The notes under the pieces were generated by a model. The model ran no database searches, had not been told where the DNA came from, and worked only from the letters and a program-made list of their open reading frames with translations. A DNA stretch of 64,000 nucleotides from Verrucomicrobiota bacterium (GTDB lineage: Bacteria > Verrucomicrobiota > Verrucomicrobiia > Limisphaerales > CANJXF01): contig JBBQRQ010000002.1 of the NCBI GenBank assembly GCA_038214755.1, positions 73,398 to 137,397 of the forward strand. Direction: 5' to 3'. Below are positions 28,298 to 39,495 of this stretch, in pieces (positions within the stretch are counted from its first letter, which is position 1; every line of letters begins with the position of its first letter). The position numbers and the translations under genes are program-made.

Positions 28298-29506
28298 TTA
28301 ATCTTCCTTTTCCACAGTCAGAACTTTGGGAAGCACATAAACTGACCAGAGCAAAACGCCAGCGATCCAGAGAATTGCGCCGTAAATATAATGCGACTCC
28401 GTGAGCTTCGGCCAGAAGTCGCCGCTCATGCGTGTCGCCATGCCAAAGAGCATCATCCCGATCGCCACGAGCAGCCAGCGATTGCGGCCTTTCAGCAATT
28501 CGATGTTTCCGCTGTGGCCGAAGACGACGCGCGTCGCCACCACAAATGTAATGATCGCAAATCCGCCGACCAACGTGAGGTGAAGCAGGCTGACGCGATA
28601 TGCCGGAAAAAATATAATCGCAAGAAATCCGGCGAGGACGCCGATGAACGCGATGCGAATGCAAATTCCCAAAGCGCTGCCGACATTGGGCGCGCGATGA
28701 AATGGCATTTCTAAAATTAAATAAATGAGGGTCGCGGCAAAACGAATTGCGCAGGCCGAACGGAGCCAGCCATTGGCTTCCATGCAAAAGGAAACGATGA
28801 TGACCACAGCCGTCGTCAGCGCGAGCAGCGCCTTTTTCCGCCAATCTTTTGTCGGAACGAGCATCTCTGGAAAATCGTGTTGATTCGGCATTCCGAAAAG
28901 ACGCGGCAAAATAAACGGGCCGATGCCAAGAATTGGGAAGAGAACAAAACCTTGATACGAAAGCAGTCGTTGCAATGAAATCCAGAACAGGTCGATCTCT
29001 CGAAAATTTTGGATGAGCGAGAGAATTGTTCCCGACAAGACACAAAGAAACGCAACTCCCACCAGCACGAATCCGGGCGGCGGTGTGTCTTCGCGTTTCG
29101 TGGCTCGAACGGCCACACAGATGAAAAAGCCGATAAGCAACGTGAGAAACAAGACATCGCCCCAAAATATTTTTCCGGCAGCCAGCGAGAAAACCATTGC
29201 GAGATGCAGAGCGAGCAGCGGAAGGATTTCGATGAGGCGAAAGGGATTTGCGGAAAGCATTCGCGGCATGGCCGTACCGAGAAATCCAAAAATGAAGCCA
29301 CCGAACAAACCGCCTATCATGATTCGAGCATGAGTCTGGCCGGGATAAAATTGGGTAACGCCCCAGAAATAAAGCGGCCAGAGCGAAACGCCGATAATTC
29401 CGGCGAGAACTGCGGCAGGAAAGAAAATGCGAAATGGTTCTTTGCCGAAATCCTTCAGTGTAATTCGTTGTGAAGTTCTTAAGGGTTGAAAACTCAGCGG
29501 ATTCAA
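28298..29506 (-). CDS. nnrS: NnrS family membrane protein
   Basis: EPFRIFF, HARIM..GFLGTAMPR, ATRVVFGHSG; TTG start overlapping upstream stop. Confidence 0.8.
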   Translation of the reverse strand: MNPLSFQPLRTSQRITLKDFGKEPFRIFFPAAVLAGIIGVSLWPLYFWGVTQFYPGQTHARIMIGGLFGGFIFGFLGTAMPRMLSANPFRLIEILPLLALHLAMVFSLAAGKIFWGDVLFLTLLIGFFICVAVRATKREDTPPPGFVLVGVAFLCVLSGTILSLIQNFREIDLFWISLQRLLSYQGFVLFPILGIGPFILPRLFGMPNQHDFPEMLVPTKDWRKKALLALTTAVVIIVSFCMEANGWLRSACAIRFAATLIYLILEMPFHRAPNVGSALGICIRIAFIGVLAGFLAIIFFPAYRVSLLHLTLVGGFAIITFVVATRVVFGHSGNIELLKGRNRWLLVAIGMMLFGMATRMSGDFWPKLTESHYIYGAILWIAGVLLWSVYVLPKVLTVEKED

Positions 29507-30297
29507 TTCGCGACCTTGCTTAAGTTTTTCGCGCAACGAAAACCAAGGTTGTGGACAGTGTAATCCATTTGGAGACTGCTGCGAAAACCGAATCGCATGA
29601 ACGCCGGATAATCGCCGCGATCTTTCGCATCTTTTGCGCCGCCGCCGCAGACTGCTTCGGCCATTCCCAGCGCAGTGTAAAAATCTCCCGTCCATTCCCA
29701 CACAAGACCGTGCAAATCCTGTACTCCGAAAATATTTGCGCGATTGCTGCCAACGTTCGGCAACGTGTCGGGTGACGGACTGGAATACCACGCCAGAATT
29801 TGTTTTTGGAAAGCTGCGTCGTTTTTGCCGTCGGCGCGCGTGGGGCTGGCGGCACCAACGTATTCCCATTCGGCGACGGTCGGCAATCGTTTGTTGCGCC
29901 ATTGCGCGTAAGCTTTGGCGGCGTAATACGAGACAAATGTCACCGGCGCATTTTTGATTTTCTCATCGAACTGCAAATCCCCTGACCATTGCTTGAGATA
30001 AAGTTCATCGGCGGCGGCGTGGTTGACTTGCGAACGACGCCACTTCGGATTCGCCCGAACAAATTCCAAAAATCCCTCGTTGGTCACCGGGCAAATATCC
30101 AAATAAAATTCTTCGACGGGAATTTGATTGGTTGCGCTCACTTTGCGGAATGGCGGCGTGTAGATTCCTTGTGGGATAAGTGCCATTCCAATCGGCGACA
30201 ACGGCGCGACGGTTTGAGCCATCGGGCAAATCACGCCGCCCAACAAAACGAGCGCAAGAACCAGCCACCCGGTAATTTTCGTTTGCTCACTTTTCAC
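29503..30297 (-). CDS. Formylglycine-generating-enzyme family (NirV-like) protein
   Basis: PVTN, RLPTVAEWEY, DLHGLVWEW, LGFRCA; directly after nirK. Confidence 0.85.
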   Translation of the reverse strand: MKSEQTKITGWLVLALVLLGGVICPMAQTVAPLSPIGMALIPQGIYTPPFRKVSATNQIPVEEFYLDICPVTNEGFLEFVRANPKWRRSQVNHAAADELYLKQWSGDLQFDEKIKNAPVTFVSYYAAKAYAQWRNKRLPTVAEWEYVGAASPTRADGKNDAAFQKQILAWYSSPSPDTLPNVGSNRANIFGVQDLHGLVWEWTGDFYTALGMAEAVCGGGAKDAKDRGDYPAFMRFGFRSSLQMDYTVHNLGFRCAKNLSKVAN

Positions 30298-30305
30298 GAT
30301 TGATT

Positions 30306-31844
30306 TTACTCGAATTGGCTCGAGGCCGATGGCGGAGCGGGCGCTTCGGCGCGAATGACGCGGACTTCATTCGCGTTCACGGCATCGCCGGAATTGCCGA
30401 AACTGTTGCGCACATAAGTCAGGACATTCGCAATATCGTCATCCGACAGATAATTTAACGGCGTCATAATTCCGTTATATTTTTTCCCATTCACCACGAT
30501 TTCGCCGGAGCGTCCTTGCAACACACCGCGAATCGATCCAACTTTGTCCGCCATCAAAGCATCCGATTTCGCCAGCGGTGGAATCTGGTTTGGAATTCCT
30601 TCTCCGTTCAGTTGGTGACAAACAAAACAAGTCTGCATGAAAACGCCTTTGCCTTTTTCCATTTGAATTTCTTTCGTCAGGCTGGCGATTTTCGGATTGC
30701 TTTGAATCTCTTCCTTGCGGGCGGCACGAAGTTCTTCCACTTTTTTCTCAGAACTGGAACCGGTTCCAGCCTGGCGTCCCAGATAAACTGCATCCACTTC
30801 TTTGCCGGAATACGCGAGAAGATTCGGTTCGCCTTCCACTTTTAACATACCGAGCGCGCCTTTGTTGAATGCGCGAAAGATCGAGTGATCCACCAGCACA
30901 TAAGTCCCCGGCACTTCGACTTTGAACTCAACGATCGCCGCGCCCCCGGAAGGAATGAGGGTGGTTTGCACATTATGTTGCGACGGAATCATGCCGCCTT
31001 CCTGGTAAACAGTGTCGAAAATTTCGCCGATGACATGGAAGGACGAAACCAGATTTGGCCCGCCGTTGCCCACGAACAACCGGACACGTTCACCGACTTT
31101 GGCCGTGAGAGCGCGCTCGCCCACGAGTGAATTGACCGCGCCGTTGAATACGACATACGAAGGGCGTTCATCAACGGCCTTATTCATATCGAAAATTTGC
31201 AACCCTTCTTCGCCAAACTTTCCTGCCGTGTAGAACTCGCCTTGCATCACATAATATTCCTTGTCCACCGGCGGAAGCCCTTCTTTCGGTTCGACGAGAA
31301 TCAACCCATACATCCCATTGCCGATGTGCATCCCGACCGGCGCGGTGGCGCAATGATAAACGTAAAGCCCCGCATTGAGCGCTTTGAAAGAGAATTGCGA
31401 ACTATGTCCCGGCGCAGTGAAAGATGACGCCGCGCCGCCGCCCGGCCCCGTCACTGCATGAAGATCAATGTTGTGCGGCATTTTATTGTTCTGATGATTA
31501 TTCAAATGGAACTCGACCTGATCGCCTTCGCGAATTCGGATAAAACTTCCCGGCACGTCACCGCCGAACGTCCAGAAAACGTAATCCACCCCGTCGGACA
31601 ATCGCTTCATCACCTCAATCACTTCCAGGGTGACGCGAACTTTGGTCGAATGAGAACGCTTGAGCGGTGGCGGAACATGCGGCGCTTGCGTCACCACAGC
31701 GACTTCCTCACCAGTGACGGAGGGATCAACCGGTTTTGCACTGGCGGAATTTGGCGATTGAGCCGCGACGTCCGCAGCGATGAGTTGAGCGGTCATTGAC
31801 ATCAGCGTCAGTACGCACGTGAGTCCCAGTTTTTGTTTGTTCAT
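30306..31844 (-). CDS. nirK: Copper nitrite reductase fused to C-terminal cytochrome c
   Basis: [37 protein letters not shown]...IM. Confidence 0.95.
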   Translation of the reverse strand: MNKQKLGLTCVLTLMSMTAQLIAADVAAQSPNSASAKPVDPSVTGEEVAVVTQAPHVPPPLKRSHSTKVRVTLEVIEVMKRLSDGVDYVFWTFGGDVPGSFIRIREGDQVEFHLNNHQNNKMPHNIDLHAVTGPGGGAASSFTAPGHSSQFSFKALNAGLYVYHCATAPVGMHIGNGMYGLILVEPKEGLPPVDKEYYVMQGEFYTAGKFGEEGLQIFDMNKAVDERPSYVVFNGAVNSLVGERALTAKVGERVRLFVGNGGPNLVSSFHVIGEIFDTVYQEGGMIPSQHNVQTTLIPSGGAAIVEFKVEVPGTYVLVDHSIFRAFNKGALGMLKVEGEPNLLAYSGKEVDAVYLGRQAGTGSSSEKKVEELRAARKEEIQSNPKIASLTKEIQMEKGKGVFMQTCFVCHQLNGEGIPNQIPPLAKSDALMADKVGSIRGVLQGRSGEIVVNGKKYNGIMTPLNYLSDDDIANVLTYVRNSFGNSGDAVNANEVRVIRAEAPAPPSASSQFE

Positions 31845-32158
31845 AGATGTGTGTAGTTCTTCTTCCAGTAATTGTTGGGAATATCGTCACTCTTTGGGGA
31901 ACGCCCCAGTGTGACAGCTGTTGCAAATGGCTGGGTTATATCTAAAGCAAAAATCTTATTTCCCACATACGGTGTTATACCCATCACAAATCGCTTAAGC
32001 CCAAACCGCTCTTGGGATAAATTTGGTTTTACCTTCATTAGCATAGAATTTCTTCCAGAACGATGAGCGAAATTTGAAGTAGTCACTAACCGTCCCTTGT
32101 TGATTCGTGAACATTTCTTGTTAGTTGCCCGAATAAAGCCGACAATCGAGGTCGAATC

Positions 32159-33046
32159 GTGCCGCAAATTCCCAACAAAAAACTCATTGAGCATTTGAGC
32201 CGCTCGAAAATCTATCAGGATTACGAACGCGCTTTCACTGAAGCTACGGGCCTTCCGCTGACCTTGCGTCCCACTGAATTGTGGCAACTCGCGCAGCACC
32301 AAAACAAAAATCAAAACGAATTTTGCTCATTAATGGCACAGCACAGTCGAACGTGTGCTGCTTGCCTGGATGTCCAACAGCAATTAAGCGAAAACACTGC
32401 TGAAGATTCCAAAACAGTCACCTGTTTCGCCGGATTGTCTGACACCGGTGTTCCGGTTCGCGTCGGCGATCAACTCATTGGTTTCCTCCAGACCGGCCAG
32501 ATTCTCCTGAAGAAACCGACGCGTGCCCAATTTGCGCGCACCACAAAACAGCTCCTTGAATGGGGATTGAAAATTGATTTGAACAAACTGGAAGAGGCCT
32601 ATTTTCACACCCGGCTTTTAACCCGCAAACAATATGAATCGATGGTGCGTTTGCTGACGATTTTCGGGCAGCACCTCTCGCTGGTGGCCAACCAGATTAC
32701 CCTTCAACAGGAAAATTCTGAGACGCCCGCCATTTCTCGCGCAAAAAAATTTATCAACGAACATCAATCAGAAGATCTTTCGCTGGGACAAGTCGCGCAG
32801 GCCGTGAACACGAGCACGTTTTATTTCTGTAAAATATTCAAGAAAGCGACCGGGCTGAATTTTACCGATTACCTCTCACGTCTTCGCATCGAGAAAGCAA
32901 AAAATCTTCTACTCAATCCGAATTCACGCGTGAGCGAAATCGCGTACGAAGTCGGTTTCCAATCCCTCACCCATTTCAATCGCGTGTTCAAAAAAATCAC
33001 CGGCCAATCGCCCACGAAATTTCGCGCGAAGTTATCTTCCAATTGA
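32159..33046 (+). CDS. PocR-sensor + AraC HTH regulator
   Basis: FC...C...CFAG sensor; IAYEVGFQSLTHFNRVFKK. Confidence 0.88.
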   Translation: MPQIPNKKLIEHLSRSKIYQDYERAFTEATGLPLTLRPTELWQLAQHQNKNQNEFCSLMAQHSRTCAACLDVQQQLSENTAEDSKTVTCFAGLSDTGVPVRVGDQLIGFLQTGQILLKKPTRAQFARTTKQLLEWGLKIDLNKLEEAYFHTRLLTRKQYESMVRLLTIFGQHLSLVANQITLQQENSETPAISRAKKFINEHQSEDLSLGQVAQAVNTSTFYFCKIFKKATGLNFTDYLSRLRIEKAKNLLLNPNSRVSEIAYEVGFQSLTHFNRVFKKITGQSPTKFRAKLSSN

Positions 33047-33627
33047 AGGCTCTGGTGGAAATTTGCATTCTGGCCGGCGGACTCAGTTCGCGCATGGGCC
33101 GGAATAAATCCCAACTGCGTCTGGGTGGGAAAACTTTACTCGGACACATCCGCAGAACGGCGAAAGCCTTGGATCTTCCGGTGCGCGTGATTCGACGAGA
33201 TCTCGTTCCGCGTTGCGGGCCGCTCGGCGGAATTTACACCGCTTTAAAAACGACTCGCGCAGATGTTGTTCTCTTTCTGGCGTGCGATATGCCGCTGGTC
33301 AGCGAACCGCTTTTAAAAAAATTCCTGAAGCGAACGGCGCGAACAAACGCCATTTTCATCTGGAGCAACGGCGCGGCGGGATTTCCATTTCTGCTGAATA
33401 AAAACACGCTTCCGCTGGTCCAGAAGCTCATGCAAGAAAAACATTTCTCTCTTCAGACATTGGCGAGAGAAACTGGCGCGAAACATTTCCGGGTCAGTCG
33501 TGCCTTCGCCGACGATTTGCTCAACCTGAACACGCCCGCCGATTGGAGCAAACTCCAGAAAACTTTTCGCGAAAAAGAACTGAACTTTGGGAAGGGCAGC
33601 TTGTCAATTGATGACGCGACAGTATGA
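33043..33627 (+). CDS. mobA: Molybdenum cofactor guanylyltransferase
   Basis: ILAGGLSSRMGRNK, GPLGGI, ACDMP, NLNTPAD. Confidence 0.85.
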   Translation: MKALVEICILAGGLSSRMGRNKSQLRLGGKTLLGHIRRTAKALDLPVRVIRRDLVPRCGPLGGIYTALKTTRADVVLFLACDMPLVSEPLLKKFLKRTARTNAIFIWSNGAAGFPFLLNKNTLPLVQKLMQEKHFSLQTLARETGAKHFRVSRAFADDLLNLNTPADWSKLQKTFREKELNFGKGSLSIDDATV

Positions 33628-33634
33628 TTCTCCT

Positions 33635-34597
33635 ATGCGATTCCTGAGTTTATTTTGTCTGATGTTGACCGGATTGCCATTCGCGAACGCAGCGACGGTT
33701 CAGTTAAAAGACAAAGCTTCCGTCACTGGAAAAATTCTCACTGAAAAACGTGATCAGGTGGTCGTTGATATTGGCTACACCGCTCTTGTCATTCCGCGCA
33801 ATCAGATCGTAAAAATTTTACAAAACGATGCCGCGCTGGTTGCGACGAAAAGCGACGTGCCTGCGATTCAAGTTCCCCTCGTCCAGATCAAGCAAGGCAT
33901 GTTCACCACCTCCACCAAGCCGTTGCCGGAACGCAGTGTGCGGGAGTTAGTGAACCAGCTCGGCGAATCCGTGGTGCAAGTGCGAACTCCCGGCGGACTT
34001 GGCTCGGGATTCATCATCAATGACGAAGGTTTTTTGATTACAAATTTCCACGTGATTGAAGGTGAGACGCAAATTTCCGTTGAGGTTTACCAACAGAAAA
34101 ATGGCGAACTGGATCGGAGCAGTTACAAACAAGTGAGAATTATCGCGATCAACAAATTTCAAGATATTGCGCTCTTGAAAATTGAAGACAAAGACGCGCC
34201 TAAGTTTTCCCGTGTTTCGCTGGGCGATTCGGAAGCGCTCTCGGTGGGTGAACGTGTTTTCGCCATCGGCAGCCCACTTGGACTTGAACGCACGGTTACG
34301 GAAGGAATCGTCAGCACCAAGACTCGCCAACTCCAGGGCGATCTCTATTTGCAAACCACGGCGCAGATCAATCCTGGCAACAGCGGCGGACCGCTTTTCA
34401 ACATGCGCGGCGAAGTGATCGGGATCACGAACATGAAAATTACTTTCGGCGAAGGTCTAGGTTTTGCGATTCCAATTGAAGCCGTTAAATTTTTCCTCAA
34501 CCATCGCGACGCCTACGCTTACGACAACGACAATCCGAGCAACCCATTTCGTTATCTCGAACCGCCCAGCCGTTCCAAACAAGGCGTTGAAAAATAA
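33635..34597 (+). CDS. S1C trypsin-like serine protease (no PDZ)
   Basis: TNFHV, DIALL, INPGNSGGP. Confidence 0.9.
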   Translation: MRFLSLFCLMLTGLPFANAATVQLKDKASVTGKILTEKRDQVVVDIGYTALVIPRNQIVKILQNDAALVATKSDVPAIQVPLVQIKQGMFTTSTKPLPERSVRELVNQLGESVVQVRTPGGLGSGFIINDEGFLITNFHVIEGETQISVEVYQQKNGELDRSSYKQVRIIAINKFQDIALLKIEDKDAPKFSRVSLGDSEALSVGERVFAIGSPLGLERTVTEGIVSTKTRQLQGDLYLQTTAQINPGNSGGPLFNMRGEVIGITNMKITFGEGLGFAIPIEAVKFFLNHRDAYAYDNDNPSNPFRYLEPPSRSKQGVEK

Positions 34598-34635
34598 TTC
34601 CAGCGGCGCAATCTCCGATTAACTTTTCCAAAAAC

Positions 34636-36513
34636 ATGAAACATCGCTTTTTATTCACGACGCTCCTTTTTTCTTTTCTCGCCCGCGCAATCGCTGAACT
34701 CCCGCCTGCTGAAAAATTGCTGCCGAACGACACGTTGGTTTTGCTCACGACGCCCGAAGTGACGAAGTTTTGTGACGCTTTCAAAACTTTGCCGCAAAGC
34801 CGGCTTTGGAATGACGTGGCGATGAAACCGTTTCGAGAAAAATTCACGAGCAAATTTAAAGCAGACCTGGTGGTGCCGCTGGAGAAAGAACTCGGCATTA
34901 AATTTTCCGACTACCAAAATTTGGCTCAGGGGCAATTTACTTTTGCGCTGACGCAAAACGGCTGGCAGGGAAAAACCAATGAATCTCCGGGATGGATATT
35001 TCTCCTCGATACGAAAGACAAAAGCAGCATTTTGAAAACAAACCTGACCAGGCTGAAAGAAAAATGGGTCGAGTCCGGCAAACAAATCAAGGCGGAGAAG
35101 ATTCGCGATCTGGAGTTCACCACGTTGATTACTTCGACCGATGTTCTCGCTGATCTGCTGGGAAAAATTTTGCCGAGCGGCACCGGGGAAAGCGATGAGC
35201 CAAAACCTCCTGGTCGGAAATTGGAAATCACCATTGGCCAAAGCGGTTCGCTGCTCCTCGTCGGCAACGCGCTCAACGTGATCGAAAAAGTTTTGGCTCA
35301 TCAGAGCGGCGGTCTCGCGCCCTCGTTGGCGGAGGAAGCGGCCTACGCGGCGAATCACAATTCCATGTTGCGCGATGCCCCTTTTTATTTCTGGGTAAAC
35401 GTGAAGCCGCTCGTGGAAATTTTTACCCGGCAGGCGGCCAACAAACCTTCCGATAATCCGCTGGCGCCCAAGCCGGAGAAACTGGTGGCCTCGACCGGCA
35501 TTGGCAACTTGAAAACGATTGCGTTCAGTTATCGCATCGCGGACGCCGGAACAGCCATGCAACTTTCTCTCGGCGTTCCTGAAGCCAATCGCCAGGGCCT
35601 TTTTAAAATGCTGGTCGCGGAATCGAAGGAGGCCAGTCCGCCCACTTTTGTTCCGGCGGACGCGACGAAGTTTATTCGCTGGCGGCTCAACCTGCCAAAG
35701 GCGTGGACGGGCCTGGAGGAAATGCTGACGGATATTTCTCCCGCCGTCGGGGGCGCGTTCAAGTTGATTTTTGAATCCGCCGGAAAAGACAAGGACCCGA
35801 ATTACGATTTAAAGAAAGAGTTGCTCGCCAATCTCGGTGATGACCTGATCAATTATGAAAGGAAATCGGCTGCGGGAGCGCTGACGGATTTAGCTTCGCC
35901 GCCCTCGATTTACCTTCTGGGTTCGGCAACTCCCGACAAACTCGCCAGCGCTTTCAAAGTGGGAATGACGCTGCTTTCTCCGACGCCATTGGAGGAACGG
36001 GAATTTCTCGGCCGAAAAATTTATAAGATGCCGCCCTCGCCGCTTTTGTCGAATGATCCAAAAAAGCCCGGTCGCAATTTGAATTTTTCTGCGAGTGGCG
36101 GCTATCTGGCTTTCTCCAGCGACGTGGCCATGCTCGAAGAATTTTTGCGCAGCAGCGATACGAAAGCAAAGGCACTCTCCGAAATTACCGGCTTCAAAGA
36201 GGCGGCTGAAAAAGTGGGCGGAACGGGGGCAGGTTTGTTCGGTTATCACAATCGAACGGAAGAAATGCGCGCGACCTTCACGGCCTTAAAAAATCAATCG
36301 GTCACGTTGGCTGATTTGCTAAAAAATCCCGCCATCGCCGCCAAGACTCCCGCCGAGGTGAAAAAGATTAACGAATGGGCCGATTTTTCGCTGCTGCCCT
36401 CTTACGACAACGTTTCAAAATATTTCTATTATTCCGTTTACGGCGGCGCTTTTAACGCCAATGGATTTACGATGAAGTTTTTCTATCCCACGCCACCGCA
36501 ATTGAAGAAGTAA
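34636..36513 (+). CDS. Secreted hypothetical protein (DUF3352-like)
   Basis: Signal peptide, EKLLPNDTL, 625 aa. Confidence 0.6.
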   Translation: MKHRFLFTTLLFSFLARAIAELPPAEKLLPNDTLVLLTTPEVTKFCDAFKTLPQSRLWNDVAMKPFREKFTSKFKADLVVPLEKELGIKFSDYQNLAQGQFTFALTQNGWQGKTNESPGWIFLLDTKDKSSILKTNLTRLKEKWVESGKQIKAEKIRDLEFTTLITSTDVLADLLGKILPSGTGESDEPKPPGRKLEITIGQSGSLLLVGNALNVIEKVLAHQSGGLAPSLAEEAAYAANHNSMLRDAPFYFWVNVKPLVEIFTRQAANKPSDNPLAPKPEKLVASTGIGNLKTIAFSYRIADAGTAMQLSLGVPEANRQGLFKMLVAESKEASPPTFVPADATKFIRWRLNLPKAWTGLEEMLTDISPAVGGAFKLIFESAGKDKDPNYDLKKELLANLGDDLINYERKSAAGALTDLASPPSIYLLGSATPDKLASAFKVGMTLLSPTPLEEREFLGRKIYKMPPSPLLSNDPKKPGRNLNFSASGGYLAFSSDVAMLEEFLRSSDTKAKALSEITGFKEAAEKVGGTGAGLFGYHNRTEEMRATFTALKNQSVTLADLLKNPAIAAKTPAEVKKINEWADFSLLPSYDNVSKYFYYSVYGGAFNANGFTMKFFYPTPPQLKK

Positions 36514-36524
36514 TTTTCCGCGCA

Positions 36525-36681
36525 GGGTAGCATCTGCCTCCGGCGGGTGCGACCTGAATTCGAGGTTCGATGTTGGATGTTCGATGTTGGATGTTCGATG
36601 TTAATTGTTTTCTAAACATCGAACACTGAACATCCAACATCGAATTGGTAAATCCGCACCTGCCGGAGGCAGATGCTATCC
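36525..36681. repeat. GGGTAGCATCTGCCTCCGGCGGGTGCG REP doublet enclosing a heptamer hairpin
   Basis: Inverted ends; inner (GATGTTC/G)n...(C/GAACATC)n; same ends at 46711 and 62266. Confidence 0.8.
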
Positions 36682-36687
36682 TTCGTT

Positions 36688-39015
36688 TCATTCCTGGGGA
36701 TAAAGTAAAATCCGATCATGCACCAAAAGAATGAGGTCGTTCTTTCCGTCGCCGGTCACGTCGGCCACGACCGCTTCCCGCGGCTCAGCCAGATCATTGC
36801 GACGGGAACGGAATGTTCGCTCTTCAAACACGGGCCACCGATTCGCCGGAACAAGCTGATGGGGCGCTTCGAACAAAACCATGTCCACGTAATTTCTGGC
36901 TGTCTCCAGAAAGACCAGGTCTTTGCGTCCGTCATTATTTAGATCTCCAGAAATCACATCATTCAATCGGCCGTCCTTGATCGGGGTTTCGTAGCCATCC
37001 AGTTCGGAAAATTCCCACGTTTGACCGGAAAGTTTCATCCACGCGACTGAATTATTTCCGAGAAAAGCGACGCTATTGGCGTTGGTCGATTTCAAACCGA
37101 TACTTTGCAACTCGGCGAAATCCGTCACGGGCAGAAAAATATTTCGCAACACCTGCCACACGCCGGCCTTGTCCCGCTCCGAAAGCGTCAACGCCTTGCG
37201 TTCCGCATCGAGCAAAAACAGAGATGGAATTTTATTAGTCCCATTGAGCAAAGGAGTCGCCCCGACGATTCGCGAATTACTCGACGCGCCGTTGATCTGT
37301 TCCTTGACTACAAACGACCACGATGGACGGGCCGCCGTGCCTTTATTTTGCGTATCGGATTTCAACACGACGGCGCGCAAGAAATTTTTCTGGGCGAGAA
37401 GCAATTCCGGTTTGCCATCTCCATCCACGTCCGCCGCGCTCAACCACGGCTGTTCGACCGCGCCGCCCGGCGGGACAATGTCCTGCTCGTCAAAACTTTT
37501 TCCGGACACTTGCAATAAAATCTTAATTTTTTCATACGGAATTAAAATCACCACATCAGGAAGTCCATCCTGATTGACATCGTGAATGGCCATCGCGCTC
37601 GGATTGGATTTGAAAGTTTCGCTCAGACGCTGCGTGCGAATTTTTTCATCCGCTGTCCGCGTCACCAACACGCGGCGGCTGTCCTGTTCCAGAACGACGG
37701 CCAAAACCGGTTTTCCTTGCTGATCGATTTTCCCAACCGCCATGGCCAGCGGTTTTCCCTCAAACGGAAGAATGGTGGGAAAGGCAATTCGACCGCTCTT
37801 GTCCAAATGCGTCACTCCAATTTGCCGCTCGTCCGCGCTCAAAAGAAAAATCTCCATCACCCCATCTCCATCCCAATCGGCGACGGCCAATGCGCTGACG
37901 CCCGTCAAGGTGGGAAATTTTTTCGCAGCGCCCAGCGTCCCATCGGGCTTTTGAAAATAAACGGTGAGTTGTCCGCTGTCCGGTTCGCTCACAAGCAAAT
38001 CGGCCAGCTTGTCGCCGTTGATGTCCGCCCAAAGAATTCCGCGATGGGCGCGACTGGTTTTATTCAGGGGAAGAACCTGAAATTGCCCTTTGCGAAAACT
38101 TTCATTCAATGGCTCGGCTGGTTTCAAAACGAAATTGGAAACCTGCGCGCGCCCGGAATTTTGCGCGATGGTGATGATTTCCGTTTTGTGGTCTCCATCC
38201 AAATCGTCCGCCCAATACGAACGAATCGCCGGCAACGCAAAATGGATTTCTGGACCGAGTTGCCCATCCGCATTTTGCAAACGAAAACGAAATGGGTTTG
38301 GGCTGTCCCAGTTGACCAGTAACAAATCTTCGCGACCATCCCCATCGACGTCCAAAACTTGAATCGCTTTGACCACGTCAGTGAATGGAATTTTCTCCGG
38401 TTCACCCAAAGTTTTATCCTCGTTCTGATAAAATGCGTAAATGTGACTGTCGCCGAGCAAGAGCAGATCCGTTCGGCCATCACCGTTCAAATCGCCGGTG
38501 ATCAACGCATTCTGTCCGAGTTGCCCATCCTCAATCGGCCAGCGCTTCGACGCGCTCCAGCCATTGGTGCCTTGGTTATATTGCACGACCAACTCTTTTG
38601 GATCGCCGTAGTAAGCGAGATCCGGCCGCTTGTCTGCGTTCAAGTCAGCGACGACCAGCGCCGAAATTCTTTTTTCCGATGCGATGGAATCGATGCGAAA
38701 ACGCGAGCCAGGCGGCAGCTCATTCAATTCTCGTTTAAAGCTGACGCGGTGAGGAATAGCGGAAGTGCTTTGTCCGGTTTGATTGTAAAGCAAATTTATC
38801 TTGGAGCGTGAATTGTTGACCAAAATTAAATCAATCTTGCCATCTCCGTCCAAATCCGCCTCGTGCAACATTCCAATTTGATTATCAATTGGGAAAATTT
38901 CCGGGCCGCTAAATCCGAATCGGTTGAGGTTTGTCTCGGCGTGAAGAGAAAAAGTTTTTGCGCAACAGAGCGCCGCGAGAAAAATAATTTGGGATTGAAA
39001 TTTGACTTTTAACAT
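36688..39015 (-). CDS. FG-GAP/VCBS repeat protein
   Basis: Many D-x-D/N-G-D-G-x-x-D-L repeats; signal peptide. Confidence 0.88.
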   Translation of the reverse strand: MLKVKFQSQIIFLAALCCAKTFSLHAETNLNRFGFSGPEIFPIDNQIGMLHEADLDGDGKIDLILVNNSRSKINLLYNQTGQSTSAIPHRVSFKRELNELPPGSRFRIDSIASEKRISALVVADLNADKRPDLAYYGDPKELVVQYNQGTNGWSASKRWPIEDGQLGQNALITGDLNGDGRTDLLLLGDSHIYAFYQNEDKTLGEPEKIPFTDVVKAIQVLDVDGDGREDLLLVNWDSPNPFRFRLQNADGQLGPEIHFALPAIRSYWADDLDGDHKTEIITIAQNSGRAQVSNFVLKPAEPLNESFRKGQFQVLPLNKTSRAHRGILWADINGDKLADLLVSEPDSGQLTVYFQKPDGTLGAAKKFPTLTGVSALAVADWDGDGVMEIFLLSADERQIGVTHLDKSGRIAFPTILPFEGKPLAMAVGKIDQQGKPVLAVVLEQDSRRVLVTRTADEKIRTQRLSETFKSNPSAMAIHDVNQDGLPDVVILIPYEKIKILLQVSGKSFDEQDIVPPGGAVEQPWLSAADVDGDGKPELLLAQKNFLRAVVLKSDTQNKGTAARPSWSFVVKEQINGASSNSRIVGATPLLNGTNKIPSLFLLDAERKALTLSERDKAGVWQVLRNIFLPVTDFAELQSIGLKSTNANSVAFLGNNSVAWMKLSGQTWEFSELDGYETPIKDGRLNDVISGDLNNDGRKDLVFLETARNYVDMVLFEAPHQLVPANRWPVFEERTFRSRRNDLAEPREAVVADVTGDGKNDLILLVHDRILLYPQE

Positions 39016-39230
39016 CGTTGTCGTCACGCGCAAAAATTGCCATCGCTCCCCCCGCTTCGCCAGCCATTTTGTAGCAGCGCGTCTTGGAAAGGGGTGAAGG
39101 CGGTCCGTTGCCTCAGGCGAAAATGACATTGTCAAACTGGAGGATGAAAAGGAAAGAGAGCCTCTACCACGCAATTCTCTCGACATCGAACGGACAAACT
39201 TTAAAAGGAAAACAAACAAGGAGAAATTCT

Positions 39231-39494
39231 ATGAAAAAACGAAATGCGGGTTTGTTGTTTATTTGCGGCGCGCTGTTTGGACTTTCGATTGCGCTTTGCC
39301 TGGGCGCAGTGGAAAAAGCCAAAGACGCGCCGAGGAAAGATTGGTCGCAATTGAAGTTCGTGGCGTATCCGAATGGAGGCACCGGTGTCTTCGATCCAGA
39401 GACGGCGACGATCTACGTTTACGATTCCGATTTGCGCGGATGCTATTTGATTCGGCAACTGGGCACTTTGGGTCAGCCAATGAGACGGCCTTAA
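39231..39494 (+). CDS. Small exported hypothetical protein
   Basis: AGGAG RBS, N-terminal TM. Confidence 0.65.
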   Translation: MKKRNAGLLFICGALFGLSIALCLGAVEKAKDAPRKDWSQLKFVAYPNGGTGVFDPETATIYVYDSDLRGCYLIRQLGTLGQPMRRP

Positions 39495-39495
39495 T

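Noticed and set aside
29507..29902. Long N-terminal extension of NnrS in the ORF track
   Set aside because: Overlaps the FGE gene in another frame; TTG at 29506 fits translational coupling
32097..32113. FNR/DNR box upstream of nirK
   Set aside because: Only the TTGAT half-site is present; the second half is not ATCAA
36688..39015. Repeats in the FG-GAP gene as a DNA array
   Set aside because: Ordinary protein-level calcium-binding repeats with diverged codons
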